This document shows positions 1 through 15,713 of a stretch of DNA of 64,000 bases, one piece after another; position 1 is the first letter of the stretch; each line of letters opens with the position of its first letter. The notes under the pieces were generated by a model, which saw nothing but the letters and a program-made list of their open reading frames with translations, had not been told where the DNA came from and did not search any database. The translations under genes were made by a program, and so were the position numbers. The DNA is from Lingula anatina (taxonomy: Eukaryota > Animalia > Brachiopoda), in the NCBI GenBank assembly GCA_051362555.1, contig CM120648.1, positions 4,398,587 to 4,462,586 on the forward strand, written 5' to 3'.

Positions 1-359
1 GGGAGCCGAGGAGCGCGAGCATCTGGCGCAGCGCAAGTGGTGCGCGCCAAATGCTCACCGTGTGCGGGCCCCTTAGGTAGTTTGCTTTTTGATCCTGTTG
101 CTACCACTCAATAGGAATGTTCTCATTTTAAGAATTTATACAGGTTCTGTAAAATCCACAATTTTCCTGGTTGAAATGATTGAACCATTATCATATCCAC
201 TATTTCAAAATAGATAAAACATATATCATAAATTGTGATTTAAATATTCAGATACAACACCAACTTGAAGAGAAGCAAAATAAAAAAGGAAATCTGAATG
301 GAATAAATCTTTCACATTTTAAAGTACTGTAAGGACACCATATATAAACATGAACATAC

Positions 360-3300
360 CTAATAAATATGGGTATAAATCATCTGTGCCTAGTATCTCT
401 TTGAGTCCTAACACCTGTGATGTAACCATGCCCAAAACTATAAACAGCTGGTTAATGGTGCCCATGGCCCCACGCAAAGTCAGGGGGGCAATCTCGTTCA
501 GGTACATAGGGGCAACACCTGTGCTCAAACCTGCAAGGGAACAAATAACCAGCAGATTTTGTGAGAAATACTGAAAATGTCACAGCTTAATTGTCACAAT
601 TGTACAAATTAGAAATGCATATTGCAGTAATTGTGTTAGATGTGATATTCTGTTGAGCAATAATATTGCGTTAGATGTGACATTGTGTTAGATGTGACAT
701 ACTGCACTTCAGTCAAGCCCTTACTCCTGCTTTTTCTGTAATCATTCACAAGTGTATCAATAAAAAGACTTTTCAAAGCTGCTCTGAATCTCAGTGTGTA
801 CATGAGGCTTAAAGTTTCAGTATCAGCTGTTGGAATCGCTGCATCATAGTTATGATAATATTATCAGTTTTTTTAATACAACTCACAAATATTGATAAAT
901 TGTCCAAGAACAGCCTTCAGAAAATAAATTTGAAGCAAAGAGTTTGGAGGTTGGTTGTTTGATGCTTAATCCATCCGTGAATTCTTATAAAGATTATCCT
1001 ACCTGAATGTACCCCTATTAAAAAGCGTCCCACTATGATCATCTCAAATGATTTGGCATATTTGGCACCAGCTTGCAAGCCAATGGCAGCTACGGAAATG
1101 ATGTTAATTATCATCATTGCATTTTTTCTGTGAAATGAAATAAAAATATTTTAAAAAATTACCCTGATTTATACTAGAATATCCAATCACATTCATCTGA
1201 CTGGAATATCAGAATTCTTTTGTGATGTGTGCAGACCAAAATTAATATCTTCTTTCATTTCAATTTTATAAAGCAGTCTGTGATTGAATTTGTTTTTGGT
1301 GTGTGATTGAATTGTTTTTGGTGATTTTACCAAAGGTCTGCAACTAGAAGGCTTAACTATGTAATCAACTCTATAATTAAATTCTATTGCCTTAAGTAAT
1401 TAATTTTACTGACATCAAAATACCTTCCAATATGGTTGGCCAAGTAGCCGGCTGCAAACCCTCCCACCATACCTCCTGCACAAAATATGGACACTATCAC
1501 TGACCAGAGTATCAGTAGGACGTCTGGGTGGATAGAGGAGTGGTACCTTTCACACCATGTGGCATTGATAAATTCTTTAAGTACCTGTAAATATTATCAT
1601 AAATAAAAATTGTTTGTTTTTTTAAAGATTATTTATGTATTTTTACACATCACACAACATATAGTTACCCTATAAACAGAAGTTTTCCACTACTCTTCCC
1701 ATCTAGTGATCATTACAAAGCAACTGGAATGCAGCATTTTACCAATTTAAATAAATAAAATAATTTTTAACACATTTTCTGGATCCTTTTATGCAAACAA
1801 TCTGTTTCAGATTTCCTTTTTTAAGCTGTTTAATTTATTCATTGTGTTATATCATATATTAATAACAGTAAGTTTTTATATATGGTCTAATATAAGTTCG
1901 TTCCTATTCAAAAACAGGCATCAATCTACTTACATTCTGAGGCTCGTTGAGCACACCTGTTGCATAACCCACTTGAAATGAACAGCCAATAACTGCTGCA
2001 AACATGGCCAACACCAGGGGGCCTGTCAACGCCTAAAAAGGGAAGAAAATTTGTTACTATTCGTTTTTATATTTGACAAAAAGCAATAAAAAAATTACCA
2101 GTGGTATCTTTGGTAGCAGAATGAAATTGTACTTATTATTTTTTTCCTGTGCTCATTAAGAGGAATGATTAGTTATTATATGAATACTATAACTAAAATG
2201 TGGTTCTAGGCATTTTCTAGCCATGAACTTCATTTCATCCATGAAACTCTTTCTAATTAAACTGACATTCATGTATTTACATCTGTTCAAAATTGATTTT
2301 GATGAAATGTATTTCATATATTAGACTGTATACACACTTATTACACACAGATATGTAAACAGTTTATTACTTCTGATTATTTAGAAAAAATGCATTATAA
2401 AATGCCCCTATGATATAAGTAATTATGATTATACATATATATATTTATTTCAATCAATCTTATAAACCCATCACCACAAGAAAAATCACTTCAAGACAAA
2501 TACTTATAGTATGTGCTACCCCTGTATACCACAACCTGGTGCTTACTAGTAGATGAAATTTTTAGGGAGCATACAGATAAATCCACTGTACTAGCTGGAT
2601 TGATCCAACTCTGCGGAAGATTCTCCTTCAGTGCAATCACTGTAATTTGCTTAAATATCTGACAAACCTCCTCAAGCTGTTTATAGGGATAATTATGCTC
2701 AATCCTAATGAAATTTAATAACCCCCTATCCATCAAGGAGATGTGTTAGATAATTCATTAAGTTGATGCAATTTAGCGAGAATCCCCCACAGATCCATCC
2801 TGCTGATATGATGTTTGAATCTGAACGCAGTCTTTATTTATATATATTTTCCTGATGATCAAAACAAAAGTCAATAACTAGAACTCCATTAAATGATTAC
2901 TTTGGCATCCACCACCTCTTTAATTATCTATGATTGATAAAAGCATGCAGATTACATAAAACAATATCTGATATATGAGATAACAGTTACAGGAATATAA
3001 TTATTTCACCCACACTGTCTTCAAAACTGTGGCAATGTACACTGAGTATTAAATACGAATCATATTTTGGGGCCTTGTTATTAATAAAGTCTAATACAGA
3101 TTGTTACCCTGAGTGTCACAATATACCGTGTACATATGAGTGACTCCCTCTGCCAGTCTGAACCTGCTTCCAAACGCTATCATAAATGATCAGGGTTAAA
3201 GGTGCTACTCAGAGTGTTAGATAATAATATATAGTCTCAGTTACATAAAATGTACCTAACTAGAATTTATTAATATTTACCCTGAGCGTCAGTGTTTGTG

Positions 3301-3505
3301 ATAATTTCTGATTTCAATCAGCAATCTTCATTAAATGAGAGATTGGTTATGTATATATATATATACAGATATCAGAGGTCCTAGTCCCTCTGTTGCTTCA
3401 GATAGTGGCAGAGTATCACACATATGTATATAGTGTACTCAGTTAAGATATTGTGGAGATATACATGGAGACAGTGCAATCATGTATAATATCATATTTA
3501 AGGTT

Positions 3506-3545
<40 letters not shown>

Positions 3546-4528
3546 GATGATGATGATGATGATTATGTTAACATTATATATAAACACTGACACCTGCATT
3601 TCATATCTTTGCTAATTGTAAGAGACAATTTGTTGAAATTACGAGTGGCTCCATTTCTTTATCTTATCTATAACACTATAGATTTACTACATAATACTGA
3701 ATCACTTTTTCGCTACTTGTTGCCATGATTATAATCAGTGATGGACATTTTATTATTTTCAACATAGGCATTCATTTAAATGATAATTCCACAGGTTCAA
3801 ATGTTATCATATTGATACTAATATATACTGCAGGTATATATACACTACATGTATCACAGTGCTTTTACCAATATGTGCAACTACGTTAATTAAAACTTCA
3901 TAATAGAATTTATAATCCAATAATGCTAATTGATACAATATCAATACCTTCTTCCTGCCCTAGGAATGAAAATATAAGACAAAAACATACTATAATATGA
4001 TATCAATTCTCTATATTTCTCTCCATAGTTGTACTTCTCTTATACATTAAAATATTGTTTCATCTTATGAAACTTTCATTGAAAGTGTAGTATATATAAA
4101 TTAAATTTCATTGGGGTATCACATTGGATTTCATTAACTATGTTTCAATTAAGACTACTAGAATCCAACATGTAAATTTGTATGTGGGGAAAGGGGGGGG
4201 CAGGGTTCAAACGATGACTGTAAAATCAATATATTTTATTAATATAACCAGACTTCTGCAGTGGGGACACTACATGTACTGTATACAACAGATAAAATAA
4301 GAATTTACTAAACATCGAAGTGCAATATCATATTCATGGAATATGTTGACATTGTTTTACAGTATAATTGTAATTATGTTACTTTAAGAGGAGTGAAAAC
4401 ACCCACTAAAATGTAACTAGTAATCTGAAACTAATTTATTATCATTTTATGCCATGCATTTAAAATTAAATGAACTCCTCTGATAAGCCCTCAACCCCAT
4501 CTTCTCCACTCAAAGTCTCGTGACTGAG

Positions 4529-4559
<31 letters not shown>

Positions 4560-4757
4560 GCAGTTAAATGAATTACTAGTAATAGAATCCCGACCCCATA
4601 CCTGAGCTTTTTGTTTCACCACTTGTGACAAAGTTAACGTCTTCTCTTTCTTGCGTAGATCCTCCTCTTCGGTGTCACTGTCATCGTTCACATTTAATGC
4701 GTGAGCTGCTTCTTTCGAAAGCAGAGGTTCACGTTCGCTCGTCTCCTTCGACTCCAT
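360..4757 (-). CDS. Facilitated glucose/hexose transporter (SLC2A/GLUT family, class I/II-like); 5' five coding exons, gene continues beyond the left edge
   Basis: GT-AG exons 4757-4602 (MESKETSEREPLL...KAQ), 2032-1934 (ALTGPLVLAMFAAVIGCSFQVGYATGVLNEPQN), 1584-1424 (VLKEFINATWCERY...LWSVIVSIFCAGGMVGGFAAGYLANHIGR), 1127-1003 (KNAMMIINI...FEMIIVGRFLIGVHS) and 530-360 (GLSTGVAPMYLNEIAPLTLRGAMGTINQLFIVLG...). Frames join. The GR(R/K) loop and PMY.xE.AP..LRG sugar-porter motifs are present. Exact orthologue not assignable by eye. Confidence 0.93.
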
Positions 4758-6559
4758 TTGAATTTCGCGTCAGCTGACTCCCCTGTCTCAGCGGATCATG
4801 TACATTGTCGGACACAAAATACTGTTCAAAGGAGTCGAGTTGGTTATTTAATACTTCAGATTAATAGTAACAGACACGTCAGTGACTCATAGAGAAAGTT
4901 CATTTGATAATTAAATCAAAGCGTTATCCTCCGCGATAGCGATGGAATCAAGCTATCTTTAGTTCGGATAACGATGCAAACTCACGTGATTTTTGCTGTC
5001 ATTCCGGTGAATTAACAATGCTAAAACTTAAGTCATTATTTTAAATTAAGTCCGACCATCTCCTCAAAATTGACAAATTCAATTTTGGAATTTATTAACC
5101 CGGTAGAAACAACCTCCGAATATTGTTACCTTAATTGGCGTGACTTAATTCACCCCATCTGGTTAAGTCACCAAGGGGATAGAAAACTTTAAAAACAAAG
5201 CACTGATCAAAAGTCCTCTTTAAAACTTCGGAGCCAGTTGTTCTCAGCACCCACTAAAATTGCCTATAACCTCTGCAAAACACTTGTAGTTCCTATCTTT
5301 GTCTATCAAATACTGTCGTACTGGTGCCACCTCTACAATGTACCAAGTAATGTACAATGGTCAGTTTACTTTAGTCACCGGTGCCCCCAATATTGCTACA
5401 GCTGTATCTAGAGAACAAATCCTTATCTTCATCTGGAGTATTTATATAGGGTCTCTGGTTTAAACCATTCTTATGGCCTGGATAACCTTACAAAATTATG
5501 GACTAATCCGGCATCTATATATCTGATAAGAAAGCACAGGTCTTAGGAACTCACTCTGTGTGTCAGGGACTCGTGATCAACGACAGGTAATAATAACAAA
5601 CAAAAGAAATAATGTTAGCTTTAAAAAAATTTTGCTTGTAAAAATTACACTTTCATTAACCCCGGCCCAAAATTATAAAAGCTAGCTTCAGTAACAGTGC
5701 AATTTGCTAATAAATCGTTCATTCTCAGTATTTAGGCCCCTAGATCCGTGTAACTTTTTTATTTTTCATTTAAATTAAGCGAGCAGAAGAACTGCTTGTT
5801 CAATGAAACTTAACTAACATCAGTCTAGAAACGTAAAAAATAAAAAAAAACATTAATTACTAGATTTATCCGTTCTCTCTCAAAAAAACATAAACGGCCT
5901 AAATTTTAATACTTCGTTAGTTTCGTTTGCAGCACCATCTGACGTTAATTATTCCCAAATCGATATAGCGATATAGTTTATTCTTTACTTAAGTAGAAAA
6001 TTTGTAGCTTGCCAGGATAGAAGCAACTTTATATATGGCGTCTAACGTCTGCGATAATGTCTAGAATATTGTTTAAATAATTCAAAAACAGCTTGGGGCT
6101 ACTTTCGCGGTGATGCGTTAAAAAATTCGTTGCGTATTGTATACAGTAGGCTCTATATGTCCGTCTTTTGGCGCAGATCATTCTTTTTACTGTTTTTTTT
6201 TCTTCTTTTTTGAAATATGTTAGTCATTAATAAAATCCTCAAGTCATTTACATCCACTATAAGCAAGACGATGTGGTGACAGGGCATATGCAGTCAAATA
6301 TTTGATCTACACAAAATACATGTTACCAGGCATTGTGAAAAATATAGGCCTACATGGAGTTTACAAAATGTAGGCCTACGTGTCAGTAAAATAAACGTGC
6401 TTCTCGTACCCCTATAGCGTTTAGTCTAGTCTTTGTTAGTATATTGTCAAAAAGAATTCGTGTATTTATCTTTTACTTCATTTTTCACTTTTTTGTTTTC
6501 TTCAAATGGACCTATATGTAGCCTATGTAGTGAGAAAGGGTGAGAAGGCCTACACTTAC

Positions 6560-6729
6560 CAGGCCCGTAGCCAGCAAATTCAAAAGGGGGATTCTTTTTC
6601 TAAAAAAGTGGACCTTTTTTAATGAAACCTTTGTGTACCTAGACAAAATTTTACACAGAATGGACCTTTTCCTGACAAAAAGGGCGGTTCTTTCGAACCC
6701 CCCGAACCCCCCAGCTGGCTACGGGCCTG
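6560..6729. mobile_element. MITE family 1 (CAGGCCCGTAGCCAG termini), copy 1
   Basis: 15-bp TIRs CAGGCCCGTAGCCAG...CTGGCTACGGGCCTG, 5-bp flanking duplication CTTAC; near-identical copy at 18775-18940. Confidence 0.88.
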
Positions 6730-8147
6730 CTTACGATGCTGGCGCGATCCCCACTGCTGCTGTGAGTAGTTGTCTCGGCATTAGGCTAGGGTGCCTACCC
6801 AGAATACAACGTGTTTGGTGCCTGAATATATGTTGTAAACATCAATTATATAGCCAGTTTATATGATTACAACGGCCATACGAGTTATTTCTCGGTGAAA
6901 ATGGGTTACCTGAACATTTTAAATGGGAATTAAAGCATATGGGAGGAAATTTTCAAGCCTAGCTATAATTATAAAACGCTCTCAAAAATTAATAGTTTTA
7001 AACATGCAATTTTTTTGCGTCGATTTATTAATTTTTGGCATAAGTCTTAACAATAAATTAAAAGAAAACAAAATCTAATAGGGTAATTTTCCAATGCCCC
7101 TGTGTTACTTTGATTCTCATCATTACAGAGACTGGTAGGGGGCCTACTTCAAAACATATCGAGTTTGCTGGGGTGCGGCTATAGCTTATGGTTATAAAAT
7201 ACTTGATCTATATATGTAGTGATGATGCTTATTTAAATCTGTGATGATGCTTATTTAAATCTGTAACTCTGTGATATTTATTTGTACAGCGTTGTAGTTA
7301 GATGTATGTGCCTTTGATGTAGCTGATTGTACCTTGTTGAAACGTGCATTCTGCATTATGTCAGCACAGGCTTCAAACAACTGCGCATGTGCTAAAAGTG
7401 CGCTGTTTGAAATAAACAAGTTGGTGAAATTGACAAAGACCGTCTGGTTGATTTTATTTCATTAGCTCTCTGGTGTCTTTTTGAAAATTTATATTAGAAA
7501 TGTTCTATTGATTTTATGTTGTAAAAAGTAAATCCGTCGGAATTCCTTAGAAAAACATTTATTTTACCTTCATTTTAAGGGGATTCCCATTGTGTTTATA
7601 GTGTTATATGTGGCCCCAATGGGGATTTTCACACCTCCCCTACTCTTGATTAATAAAATTCTTCACCTGGAGGATTGTAAATTACATTGCAAAATACATT
7701 GAAAATCGTAGGAAGGTTAACTGCAGATAATGCTGCGAGGATATTCTTAACAGTGGGGGAACTCGGCCAATATAAAATTTTTAACTTCGTTTTACGATTT
7801 TGGAGCGCCTGTTCTAATTTTTGAAAGCGAGGCAATGGAACCAAACAATGCAATACAATTTGTAATCTCGTAAAAATTGCTATTTTTATATAAAGGTTAT
7901 AGCATGGAGTACATCGAAATGCGACTTGTTTATTATTATGATCTTAAATAATAATTAATATAAAACAAACGATATAATACGTTCTTAACGTTAGCCTATT
8001 TATTAGCTTAATTGATTTTTTTTCGTATTTGGAGATTAAAAACACAAAAGTCGTCTGGTTTCATATCGAGGCACTACGTTTCGTTCGTGTGCTCATTATG
8101 TCAATAAAGACCCCAGTGCATTGTGGGGGGGACAACTTCCGGCAAGC

Positions 8148-9910
<1,763 letters not shown>

Positions 9911-10481
9911 GAGACCAGAAAGTTGTCTCCGTGGAACTTGTTTGAGTCAAGATCTGATCTGTATTACTTGGGATAAACTAAGTGAACCAGCAGTGATGAG
10001 ACTGACATTAAATGACAGTGGCAGCCTGTTTAGTGCTATTCAAAAAGTATGTTAGTCAAGCGAGTAAAAGTAGACTGCTCCATGATTTGGATGTGCAGAT
10101 GCAGGCAGCGTGTGTGCTGAGTTTATCAAAGCAGGTTTCAGTCATGAAGAATTCACAGAACATTTTAGAACTATATCATGTGACACCACCAAAGACCAGA
10201 TTATATAGGGATCCCCTTCACAATACTGTAGATTTTGATGGACCAAGTTTAAGTGGAGAAATCTGGCTGACTGTTCCTATGAAACTGTCCAGTTTCAGGG
10301 GCATGATAGTTCAGCTGTATAATTGTTGCCTGTGAATAGCTCTGTGTTTGGGAATGAACTTCATACAAATAATCTTCATGCTTAAACCAGAACATTGGCA
10401 GAAGGACAGATAAAGGATCGTTGAAAGACATGCCAACAGAAGACATGAATATTGTACAGCATAAATGATAGTGAAATTTGA

Positions 10482-10487
10482 AATAAA
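10482..10487 (+). promoter_or_regulatory. Likely poly(A) signal of POLR2D
   Basis: AATAAA ~570 bp after the POLR2D stop, followed by T/GT-rich sequence. Confidence 0.5.
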
Positions 10488-10977
10488 GAGTATATATTGT
10501 ATCAAACCTTTTTAAAGAACATGTCAAGTTTTATTTTATCACTACTGTCTAGCTGATAGTGTTTTTGGTCACTTAAGACCTGCTTATGGGGAACAAGGAT
10601 CTACCTGGGACCTTGATCCATTCATTTAATGTTGGGCTCTAGCAGGGGTGTCTTTATACATTGCAACACACCAAGTAACATTGGCATTTGGATGTATGCA
10701 ATATTCTATTGAATCCCCCCCTCCCTTTCATACCCTGATTTTAAAATTACTCGACCTCTCATAATAAGCATGTTATGTCTACCCTGAGTGTAAGGTCCAC
10801 TATGAAGCTAGATTAACTATTGAAACGTTTTCACGCGATAGCTTCACATGGGTTATGTATGAAATCAAGATGGAGCTGGCAATACCAGAATCTAGACCCT
10901 AGGGTTGTTATGTCTACATTATATAAAGTGTTCAGCAAAGCAATCCCAAAACAACTGTAAATGTTTTTGACACATAT

Positions 10978-10983
10978 TTTATT
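10978..10983 (-). promoter_or_regulatory. Likely poly(A) signal of DDOST
   Basis: TTTATT on + (AATAAA on -) ~340 bp after the DDOST stop; the two genes are convergent. Confidence 0.45.
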
Positions 10984-11320
10984 CCGCAAGGCGCAAACAT
11001 TTTATCAGTACAAAATTCCATAAAAGTGAATTTGACACATTTGAAATCTTCACATTTAACGATTTTGCTTGTGGACATTACACCAGTTATAAAGCACTTT
11101 AGACAAAGAACTTACACTGCCCCTCTCAAATAACTGATATTGCTTTACAAAATGTCAACTATTTGATCACTTTTTCTTTTACTCCATGTGTGAGAAAGAA
11201 TATTTAGCCAAAATCCGCATTCCAATGAAATGCCTTTAAAATTCCAAAACAAAAAATTAGATAATAAACAGAACTCGTTCAATCTTGCAAATAAATTCCT
11301 TCAATAAGCATCCACTTTCA

Positions 11321-14300
11321 TCATTCGGTCTTTGCCTTCGTGTCTTCCTTGTAGTGTAGAAATACAATACTGAATACAAAGACTCCTGCCATCATTGAGA
11401 AAGCACTGAAGTAGTACGGGTTAGCAGACGATATAAAGCGTTCATACTGGGTGTGTTCAAGAGGACGCACAGATACCTGCAAGTAGAAGGTACAATTAAA
11501 ACACTGTATACCATTCAGAGTTATAAACTGTTATTTACCACACAATGATGAAGAAACGGTGTTCAATATTACTGTCCAAGTTAAAACGTCACAGAAAAAA
11601 ATTCAGACAAGCTATTTACCAGTGAAGTGCAAATTAATATATAGATCTAATTAAAGGGATAATAACTCTTCGTATGAGATCTATATTTCACAATAAAAAC
11701 ATTGTGAATAACTCATAGAAATATAATATATTCTGTTTTACCACAAAAATGGCAGTTATAGCTATTATTCTGATATCTGAGCTTGTCTTTAGACCATGTG
11801 ACCTCCATTGATGGCTATACTCTGTTAAAATCTCTTTAGAGATTTTAACAAAAAACCAAACTTTTTTAGGAAAAAAAAAACCAGGGACTAACTTTGAATG
11901 TAAAAATGGATTCATTAATCATTGGTAAGTATGGGAAAATTGTTGTTTACTCCAGGAAAATTCATTTTTTGGCCGAAACGAAGAGTTATTATCCCTTTAA
12001 CCTAAGTTCATACACTGCTGCACTAAAAATGCTCAGCCCTCCACTAAGGCAACTCAATTCTCTTTATTAATTAACGGATCACCACCAAAATCTAGTTGAC
12101 CCACTTATGACCTATCCTGCAAACTTCATCAAAATACATCCATACCTTTTTGATTTAGGTTGTTATTAAATAACAAACAAACAAACGCAATCTTCAGAGG
12201 TGATAAGGCAGTTCTAATATTTACCTGTGTGGTACTGAACAGATGTGTATAACCAATACGATTATAGTCCACCAGGAACTGGTAGACACCATACACGTCA
12301 GGCAGCTTGAAGTCCACAGAAAATTTGCCATCTGGAAAGACAGGGAAAATGTCATGGTTATAGCCAAGCAGAGACAAACCTTAAAAGGAGATTACACAGA
12401 AACTTGTGGCTAAATTTTTAGATCCAAGAAAATTTCGGTAGTCCACTGCAGAGTTGTTTTACTAAAGGCTAACATTTTAGAGCTGCAGTGGTTACTTAAT
12501 ATTAAGTACACAGATACTGAAGTAGAGGGCTATTTTGATTCAAATTTTCAGTTTAAACTTCTTCTGGAAAACCAACCACAGACATTTTTAACATAAAATA
12601 AGAAATCCAGCAATTAGCATGTTCTAGCTTGATCAACAAAATCTAACACATTTCTTTGGAACTCAAAAAACGAGTAGGTCCTGCATCTTGACAGTTAGTA
12701 CATTTAAGCTCAGCAAATATTTACAATTCAGAATTTTTTTCGGTACAGGTAACTGGTGACAAAAGAAAATTATACTTAAGATATTATCATTATTATATCA
12801 TGGTATCAGAGAGAAACATACTTTTAGCCTTGAGGAATGTCCTGACAAAGGGATCAATGCGGACAAACTCCAACTGGACATCCTTCCCATCAAAAGGCAC
12901 CCACTTGCCTCCCTTGTACTCTTCAATCTCAATAGAATAGGTCTGGAGAAAATAGTTATAATATTAAAATATGTCATTATAGAGTAATACAGCAAAACGA
13001 GACATGTTTACTGAAACTGAAGTGTTTTCATCTGTTCATTCTTTTAATGTAAATCTAACGTGATGTCTCTTTGTCAGTTTGTCTGTCCATCTGTAAGTCT
13101 ATTTATCACTTTATCCTATACAGAATGCACATTTAAGAGGTGATGTCCCTGTCTGTCTGTCCACCAGTCTGTCCATTTATTGCTATATCCTAAAAACAAA
13201 TTGCTAGTGGTGAAATCTCAACCCTGCTTAAGTGGTACCCGTCTGTCTGTCTGTCTACTTACCACCTGGTCCATAATGGTGTATGCCTCTGGTGGCGACT
13301 TCTCTCCTTTCTTAGCGTGGAAAACCTTGCCGACCTTCAGCACTCCCTTCTCCTTGAACACCCACTGTGACAGACTGGTGGCCACCTGCTGGTTGGCAGA
13401 CTGGGCATGACTGGAAACAGATATACAATATAATATGTACTGAAAATATATGTACAATATACTGAAATTATATATAAACATGTATACTGAAAATATGTAA
13501 ACAATATCATTATTTAAACAAGAATAATGCATCATAATATAAACAATGATCTGGCAAGATTGAAAAATTTAATATAATACTTTGTCATAATATATAATTT
13601 TACATATAAACTATTTAATATGGGTCTTTTAAAAATAACATGAATCATAATTTCACACTGAGCAGTAAAAACAGCACTGATTTGGCAAGACAGAGTATAA
13701 ATCATAACTGCAAAGTGAACAAAAAAGAACACTGACTTGGATTAAATGATGATATATGTACTAGCAACAACATTTTTCTATAATAAATGTAAAGGACATA
13801 ACCTGACACCCCTACTGTTTAATGTAGTCCACTTATCACCCCTATCAATAATAGGCACTGCCACTTACCACTTAGCATGAGTAGTTGATTAGACAGACAG
13901 ACAGACAGCTTAGGTGCAAGCAGTTGAGTTTATGCAGACATCCAAGAAGATAGAAATTTGTCATACAAAAAGAGGACAAAAAAATTGTAAGTTTCATGTA
14001 CTTTGCTTTTAACAACTGTCATTGTTACTATCAAATTCATATTGAGTGAAAATTTAGTTTTAGGGAAATATATTGTGGTATTTTAAAGTCTCAGTAAAAT
14101 TTGGGTGTGGACTCGTGGATAATGTCAAAAGAAGTGTCATTTTTCTTTATTATTTAATGTATTCACTTTATTAATATTTATCTGTTTGTTTCTTTATATC
14201 TATATATAATGTGCTCTAGGGTTTTGTCAGTTATTTAAGCATTTTTTATTTTATTTTATTTACAGATTTGAACCATACACACATGAGTATCGTCACACAA

Positions 14301-15658
14301 GTTTGTGTAAAGAGACAATAAACTAACCGTATGAGTACAAATACAGTCTTCTCTTTTGTATTGAAGTGTCACCCGTCACAATAAAAATTTTCCTTGTCTG
14401 GATATAGAAGACTTCAAGCTTTTCTAATGAGACTCACCTTTGTCCAGTGACGGCATGTTGTACTGATGCAGTAAAGAACTCATCACTGAAGAAATCCAGA
14501 GATCCCACGAATACTACCCTGGCATTGTTTCTTGCTTGGAGGGCAGCAATCAGCAGGGTGTTTTTACCCACAGCATGGGGGTACTGGAAATAAAACGGTC
14601 TTTGTTGAAACTTTTTTTTCTATAGAAAACATTAAACTTCAAATGTTAAAAAAGAGAACTATAAGGTCGCAACCTAATTGATTCATAGAGATCTGTCATT
14701 GCATAATTAATTTTTTTAATTTAAAACTGAAGAGGCCCTACCTGCCTCACTGACTTTTTAAGGAGGGTTTTAAGCTATGTAGAAAACAATGGTCAATAAA
14801 TAAACAAAATTATAAAATTCTCATGATCCAATAAAAATTTTCCTGGCATTTGACGTAGGGCTAGTTTTACAGTCACAGGCAAATATTACATATTAATTTC
14901 TAATTGACAGACTGAGTCATCTACCAACTATCAGTCTACCTCCTACCTCGCTGACTTTGTCATCAGGGTTAAAGCTGTAGGCTGTAGAAGAACCGTGAAG
15001 GACATTCAGAACCAGAGGGTTGTCAACATCTGCGACCATCCTGCACAGTAAAAGTCATGAGATACAGAGACTATATATTACATTAACCTTAAATAAGAGC
15101 CATGTTAAAGTATTTGATAGGAGAAAAAACACCCACTTAAGAACTTGACTAAATGGATAATTTTCTGGCAAAAATATTACATAATTTACAAATAAAAACA
15201 TTGTCACCTTTAATACATCTCCTCCCTCCAGCAAAGCATTTACCATATTTGAAACATTTAAAAGTACAAGTGTTGCCAATTTGGGGGTTAAAAGACATTC
15301 AAGAAAAGAGTGGAGAACTACTAACCCAACTCCTCTGTACAACATGGGCACTGATGTCTTCTTTCCAACCAGGAGCTCTGACTCCAGTAGGTTGTTGGGG
15401 TCTGTGACTATCAGGGTGTGCTAGAAATAACAGGGCATATGACTTTCATAGTAGAAAGTAAAAATGTGTGTGTGTGAATGTGTGTGCATGAGTGAGAACA
15501 TGCACATATAATATACACATCAGAAGTGGACCATTTAAAAAATCCTCAAAAATATGTAAGAGCTGAAGGTTCATAATTTATCAAATTTTTTTCACAATTT
15601 TCTGGATTTTCTAGACAATACAAAAGACAAATTTCTCTTTGATACATAAATAACACTC

Positions 15659-15713
<55 letters not shown>

